A DNA stretch of 64,000 nt from Eledone cirrhosa (taxonomy: Eukaryota), in assembly GCA_964016885.1 (NCBI GenBank), contig OZ024740.1, positions 344,100,001 through 344,164,000 of the forward strand, written 5' to 3'. The notes beneath the pieces are model-generated. The model saw only the letters and a program-made list of their open reading frames with translations, did no database searches and was not told the DNA's origin. Made by a program: the position numbers and the translations under genes. This document shows, one piece after another, positions 57,989-64,000 of the stretch (its first letter is position 1; each line of letters begins with the position of its first letter).

Positions 57989-58004
57989 CATATACATATA
58001 TATG

Positions 58005-58035
<31 letters not shown>

Positions 58036-58116
58036 GTATATATATACATATACATATATATGTATATATATATTTATACATATATATATATGTATATATA
58101 TATACATATATATATG

Positions 58117-61100
58117 TTGTTATACTTTGGGAGGGTCATGTTGCCAATAAGAAACACACGCACCAGTCGCTTTCACTTCAATATATTATAATAAATTTAT
58201 AAATTTAGGAATTTATAAATTTCCGGTTGGTTGGTTGGTTCCACAACCAGATGGTTGTTTATATATTGTCAAAGTTCTTTCGTCACACATTCTGTGACCT
58301 CTTCAGTGACTGGGGTTCTTTTCTTTGTTTTTTGTGCCTCTCCTTTGTTCTGTCCTACGCCATCTTGTTTTTGTGTGTGTGTTGTGTGCTTAGTTTGCGC
58401 ATGTGTTACATCCGGGTGTCTGTGTGTGTTTATATTCGTTTATTTATTTGCTTATTTACATGTTACTGGTTGTTTGTTTGTTCTATGTGTGTGTGTGTTT
58501 TCATTTCGTCCTTAATTGTAAGTTGTCATGTTGCTGTTCCACTCATATTTTCTATTTAATTTTGGTTGTAATTCATTTATGTTTATTGCCTCTGTGATTT
58601 GTCTAAACATTGCGTCTTTTCTGTGTGTAGATTCTATTTTTATTTCTATGTTCTCTAATTTACCCTTATGTTCTATTTTAGCATGTTGGTAGAGTACATA
58701 TGATTCTCTACTATATTGAAGGTCTCGCCAGTGTTCATTTTTCCGTTCCCCTATACTACGAGCTGTCTCACCAATGTACACTATATTTTTATCCCTACAT
58801 TGTCCTTCAGTACATCTTATGCTATATACTACATTTCTAGTTTTACAGTTAATATGGGGGCTTAATTTACAGATTATACATTTCTTATCTATACAGGGAG
58901 TCTTTGAAAAGGGTATGTCTTGCTAATAAGTGTTTTTATGGAGGTACCTGGTCTTTCTACTATCTTAATATTGAGTTTATGTTTATCTAGGGCCCTTCTA
59001 AATTTGGAAGCTAATTCACCTCTAGGGGTTGTATCGATGAACCTTACACTCTGGTATTTATTGCTATCATACCATGAGTTTATTCTATTAGCCTTATTCC
59101 TAGTTATTTCTATTCTATTCCAAAATTTGCTCCTATACAAGGGGCAGGTCCCATTTGTATCATTATTTACCATTTTTTTCCATTTGGTTCTGGCTCCTCT
59201 ATACACTCTGATTTTATCTCTCTGGTTGTAACCAGAGAACTGCATACGGTGGATGAAGTGTTGTATGTGTCTCTCTAGTTCTTCGGGGTTGCACATGCGG
59301 GACACGTTTCTCATCACCCGTACCAAGTCCGCAATCAGTATGTTGATTTTCGTATGGTCCGAAATGGCCGAGTTTCGGTGGATCAGATGTTTGGAAGTCA
59401 TGGGTTTGGCATAATGGGAATGGAGGATTTGTTTTTTGTTATTAATGGTATCTAACTAGAGCTCTGTGTCTAGTACAGGTAATCGATGGTTGGGGTGTTT
59501 GCTTGGGTAGTCTATAGTAACTCTAATACTCTGGTGGATGGAGTTAGCTATTTGCTGGATGCTTTCCATTGTGTTTTTCTCTAATTTCTGACTGTTCTCT
59601 AGTGGGGGTGTTTTAACTACGATGTTTATATCATCAACGTAGCGGGAGTACATTATCAGGGTTAAGGGGTCTTTAATTGTTCTTTAAGTTAAAGTTTAAG
59701 TCTACTGTCCCATCATACCATGAATAAGTTAGCTATGTCGCCTGCAATGCTAACACCAATGGCTGCTCCCTCCTATGTTTTTCCATTAAATTTGAACATA
59801 TGTTCCTTAAGGGTTAATTTTATGCTAGATCCCACCGCATGTGCAATCATTTTCTTTAGTTCATCGTGGTTTTCGGGCGTCCGTATTGCTCTGGTCCACC
59901 CGTTCCATCTATCTTTGTGTGTTTTCTTGGCCATTGAGGTAATGGTAGGTGGTCTGCCTCTTGCTGGTCTTGTAGGCCACAGGTTGCTAAGGTCATATGT
60001 GTCTAGATAATTATTACTATAGGTAAGTTTAAGTAGGAGTCCCAGCTCACTGGTATCAATCCTATGGAATTCAACATTGCTCTCACTGATCATTTCTACG
60101 CATTTCTCCACAACAAAAGCCACGTCAATAGATGGATATAGGGACACAACATCCATACTACCTATTATGCAGTTTGTTAGGTCCCTAGATCGGTTACTCT
60201 CGCCGATTCTGCTGAGGAGGTCCTCCATGCTGTCAATACATCTGGGGCCATTTCAATGATGGGGTCTATGATCAGGGAGAGGAAGTAGAACAGTCTGTAG
60301 TTATTAGCAATGTTAGCTCCACAGACTGGCCGTGTTGGTGGTCCCGTAACAGGGTCAATGCTCGTTTTATGGTCTTTTCGAAGCCCATACAACGCTGGCA
60401 CGTCATTGTTCCAGGCCTGGAAGTTGTTGGCAGTCCTTTTGTTGGGCTGAATTATATTTGTCCACATCACCATATGAGCATTGAGGGCTTTTTCTCTATC
60501 CTCATGCTCTTGTGGTGTTACTTCTCTTGTGTTAGTGATGTGGGGTTGCATTGCCTGGATGTAGTTTGGCAGACTGTCAACCGACATTCTGCCAGAATTG
60601 TCTGTTGGAAAGCATGCTATCACTCTATTATGCGAGCGCTGCATGAGCTTACGCAAGCCATTTGCAGATTTTTCTCCCAGTTTCTGGGCCTCCATTCTAT
60701 TATGCTTCTTGCTATACTGTTCTATAATATTTCTAAGTTTAGATCTAGCTATACTAAATTGTGCTTCTGTTTGTTCATCGGTCTGCAACGGCAATTGCGT
60801 GCGTTTGTTAAAAGCTAAAGTCGTGGCGTGGACTCGTCGCAGGTCGAACGACTTATCGGAGAGATTATAAAAAGTAGAGTTCCAGGCTGCTGCTTTATGT
60901 GTACTAGTGCTATTGTTATTGTTAGTTGTGTTGTTTCTATTTCTATTTCCACCAACAGCCTCATGTCTCTCATTATTACTCCTGTCTCTTTCCTCTGGCT
61001 CATTGTTATTATCTACTCTATTTTGTGTGTCTGTGTGTTCGTCTTGGCTATTTTCTCTGTCCATAGTCTCCCTTCTCCTTTCAATCCTATTACCTTCCCT

Positions 61101-61925
61101 TATTTCTGTGCTATTGTCATTACCTGTTTTCTGTGTCTGTGTGTTGGTTAAGATTGTGGTGGTGGTGAGAGGCATTGAATGTGTGTGTATGGTGAGAGGC
61201 ATTGAATGTGTGTGTATTGTTGTTGTTGTAGTTGTTGTTGTTGATGTGTGTTGTTGTTGTTGTCTCCGTGTATGTTATTATTGTTGTGTGTGTTGTTATC
61301 GTTGTTTGTGTCTGCGTGTCTGTTGCTGTTGTTTCTGAGTATGTTATTATTGTTGATGTGTGTGTTGTTGTTATTGTTGTTTGTGTCTGTGTGTCTGTTG
61401 TTGTTGGGATGTGTGTTGTATATGCGTGTGTGCGTGCCTATGTTGTTACTTTTGTTTTTGTTTTTGTTTTTGAGGCTCCAACGTAATTTTGTAAATGATT
61501 TTTCTATTTCTGACTAGCATCTAATCATATTTACCTTGTTGTATGTGGCATACTTAGGCGGCAGTTGTAATACAGATAATTCATAAGAGTCGACCGTAGT
61601 GTTGCCGTATGTATTTGTGTTGTTGTTGTTGAATTCATCTGTTAATGAGATGTCGGCCATATTTATACCGTCAATTTTGTCGGGATATCTATTGATATTC
61701 TCTAAAGTATCTTGATTTAGTTTTATCTGTTTAAGCCACTTTAGTTTCTTGTTAAAGTGCTTGTCACATTCTTGAACGATGTACTGTTCTTCAGGACGTG
61801 AATTGAAGTGAAAGAAACTGGTGCATGTGTTTCTTATTGGCAACATTACCCTCCCAAAGTATAACAATATCGGTTTCAACACACGTTTTCAGATAAAGAA
61901 TCTTGCTAAACAAATTCAGAAACGA
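58117..61925 (-). mobile_element. Near full-length Penelope-like element pseudogene (N-terminal domain, RT, thumb, C-terminal GIY-YIG) with inverted termini
   Basis: LQLPPKYA..KLRW, PTDNSG, LYGLRKDHK, RPV, GSMDVVSLYPSID, GAAIG, YSRYVDD, LPVLD and VVYSIRC..YIGET. 58117-58183 is the reverse complement of 61801-61867; several stops and frameshifts. Confidence 0.93.
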
Positions 61926-62284
61926 AATATATATATATGATTTATCATTTATCATTTATTATTATTTATCATTTATCATTTATTATCATTTATCAGTTAT
62001 CATTAATTTTGTTTGACCTGTTCAGCTTGATTTGTTTTTTGGCTAAGGTGGTTAATGCCTTTTTAACCACTTTTTCAGTTTGTATGGCGTTTTAACATAT
62101 TGTTTAGTTCTGGTTTTTTAACTATTAGGCGCTTGCCAGCATTTCTACCATTTTTGCGTTTCGTTTCGCTTTTTCTACCAGCCGAAATACGATTCTCGCT
62201 GAATTATATTTATATATATATGTATATATATATATACATATATATATATGTATAAATATATATATATACATATATATGTATATG

Positions 62285-62371
<87 letters not shown>

Positions 62372-62477
62372 AAATATATATATACATATATATGTATATA
62401 TATATATATGTATATATATACATATACATATATATGTATATATATATTTATACATATATATATGTATATATATATAC

Positions 62478-62508
<31 letters not shown>

Positions 62509-62833
62509 CATATATATACATATATATATATACACATACAATGTGTGTGTATCTGTAAATGTGTGTGTGTATATGTGTATGTGTATGTGTAAGTGTGTGT
62601 GTGTGTATAAAATAATATAGAGATGGCTCCTACTGAACTAGAACCGTTTCATTCATGATGTGTTCATAAAAATAAACAGTTCTCGTCTTGCAAAAGACAT
62701 TTCTTTATTAAATGGTTGGTGTTTACATTCTACTAATTTATTGAGTACCTTATTCACTGGGGTTACCCCCAATTCAACTCGGGATCTATACACTCATATA
62801 TATATATACATACATACATACATACATACAGAC

Positions 62834-62869
<36 letters not shown>

Positions 62870-62880
<11 letters not shown>

Positions 62881-64000
62881 AATACTGCAGGTAGCACATG
62901 GATAACATGTAATAAAATAAGTCCCTCATCAGTGATTTGCCGAAGATCATAGATATTTCATTGCATTAAAAATCATATATCTCACGTCGGTGCAATAATA
63001 ACCAAAATAAGTTATTAGGACAATTAAAACGCGTAAAGCGAGTGAGATAGGAGAACAACAGAGTAAAGCTAACCGGGGGAAAGAAACAAGCTTCAAAAAT
63101 TATTCTGTTTAGCATAAGCTAGGTGAATATATGAGCGCTTAGAGAATAGATCCTACACGAGCGAAGACTATGAGCAGAGAGAGAAAAATAGCGTTCGTGG
63201 TGTGCATGATGAAATGAAGAGAAGAGAGAGAAAAACAGTGAGTGAGTGAAAGTGTGAGGAAGAGTTAACGGACATGACAGAGGGGGAGTAACAGAGAGAA
63301 TGGGGGAACAGTAAGAGAGAGAGAAAAAAACACAGAATCGCAGTGGTAAATATATGTATTAAAATATAGAGAAAAATACTGCAGGTAGCACATGGATAAC
63401 ATGTAATAAAATAAGTCCCTCATCAGTGATTTGCCGAAGATCATAGATATTTCATTGCATTAAAAATCATATATCTCACGTCGGTGCAATAATAACCAAA
63501 ATAAGTTATTAGGACAATTAAAACGCGTAAAGCGAGTGAGACAGGAGAACAACAGAGTAAAGCTAACCGGGGGAAAGAAACAAGCTTCAAAAATTATTCT
63601 GTTTAGCATAAGCTAGGTGAATTAATGAGCGCTTAGAGAATAGATCCTACACGAGCGAAGACTATGAGCAGAGAGAGAAAAATAGCGTTCGTGGTGTGCA
63701 GGATGAAATGAAGAGAAGAGAGAGAAAAACAGTGAGTGAGTGAAAGTGTGAGGAAGAGTTAACGGACATGACAGAGGGGGAGTAACAGAGAGAATGGGGG
63801 AACAGTAAGAGAGAGAGAAAAAAACACAGAATCGCAGTGGTAAATATATGTATTAAAATATAGAGAAAAATACTGCAGGTAGCACATGGATAACATGTAA
63901 TAAAATAAGTCCCTCATCAGTGATTTGCCGAAGATCATAGATATTTCATTGCATTAAAAATCATATATCTCACGTCGGTGCAATAATAACCAAAATAAGT
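62870..64000. repeat. 494-bp near-identical tandem array (at least 2.3 units, runs off the window)
   Basis: TACTGCAGGTAGCAC at 62883, 63377 and 63871. Confidence 0.97.

Noticed and set aside
58117-61867. Terminal inverted repeats suggesting a DNA transposon
   Set aside because: The interior encodes a PLE RT and GIY-YIG; inverted pseudo-LTRs are a known PLE feature.
62915-62965. SECIS or C/D snoRNA reading of ATGA...CTGA/TGAT in the 494-bp unit
   Set aside because: No helix forms between the motifs for a SECIS, and the C-to-D spacing is too short for a snoRNA.

Overview
This is AT-rich, microsatellite-dense eukaryotic DNA, intronic or intergenic. The SINE family and repeat style suggest an octopus-like cephalopod (inference). 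No host protein-coding gene can be called with confidence, and most ORFs in the track are microsatellite read-through. The window is mostly retroelements, sorted by microsatellite type. Penelope-like elements (PLEs) and many short PLE-type 3' ends carrying hammerhead ribozyme (HHR) motifs sit in (TA)n. An R4/Dong-like REL element sits in (TAA)n. Four stacked Tx1/L1-like copies are each bounded by (TATC)n. Also present are tRNA-derived SINEs, RTE and CRE fragments, a deleted mariner, a non-autonomous Helitron, a 71-bp minisatellite and a 494-bp tandem array. The most interesting signals are: (1) an apparently (TATC)n-specific Tx1 lineage; (2) a short repeat family whose copies end, and often fold back, inside hammerhead stem II; (3) minimal hammerheads with core variants (U3-A8, mismatched 10.1/11.1, GUU sites); (4) a C-terminal-GIY-YIG PLE with a long insertion between RT motifs A and B; (5) a ~500-bp tandem unit that also occurs as a diverged 1.4-mer elsewhere. 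All alignments and folds were done by eye, so boundaries are approximate.
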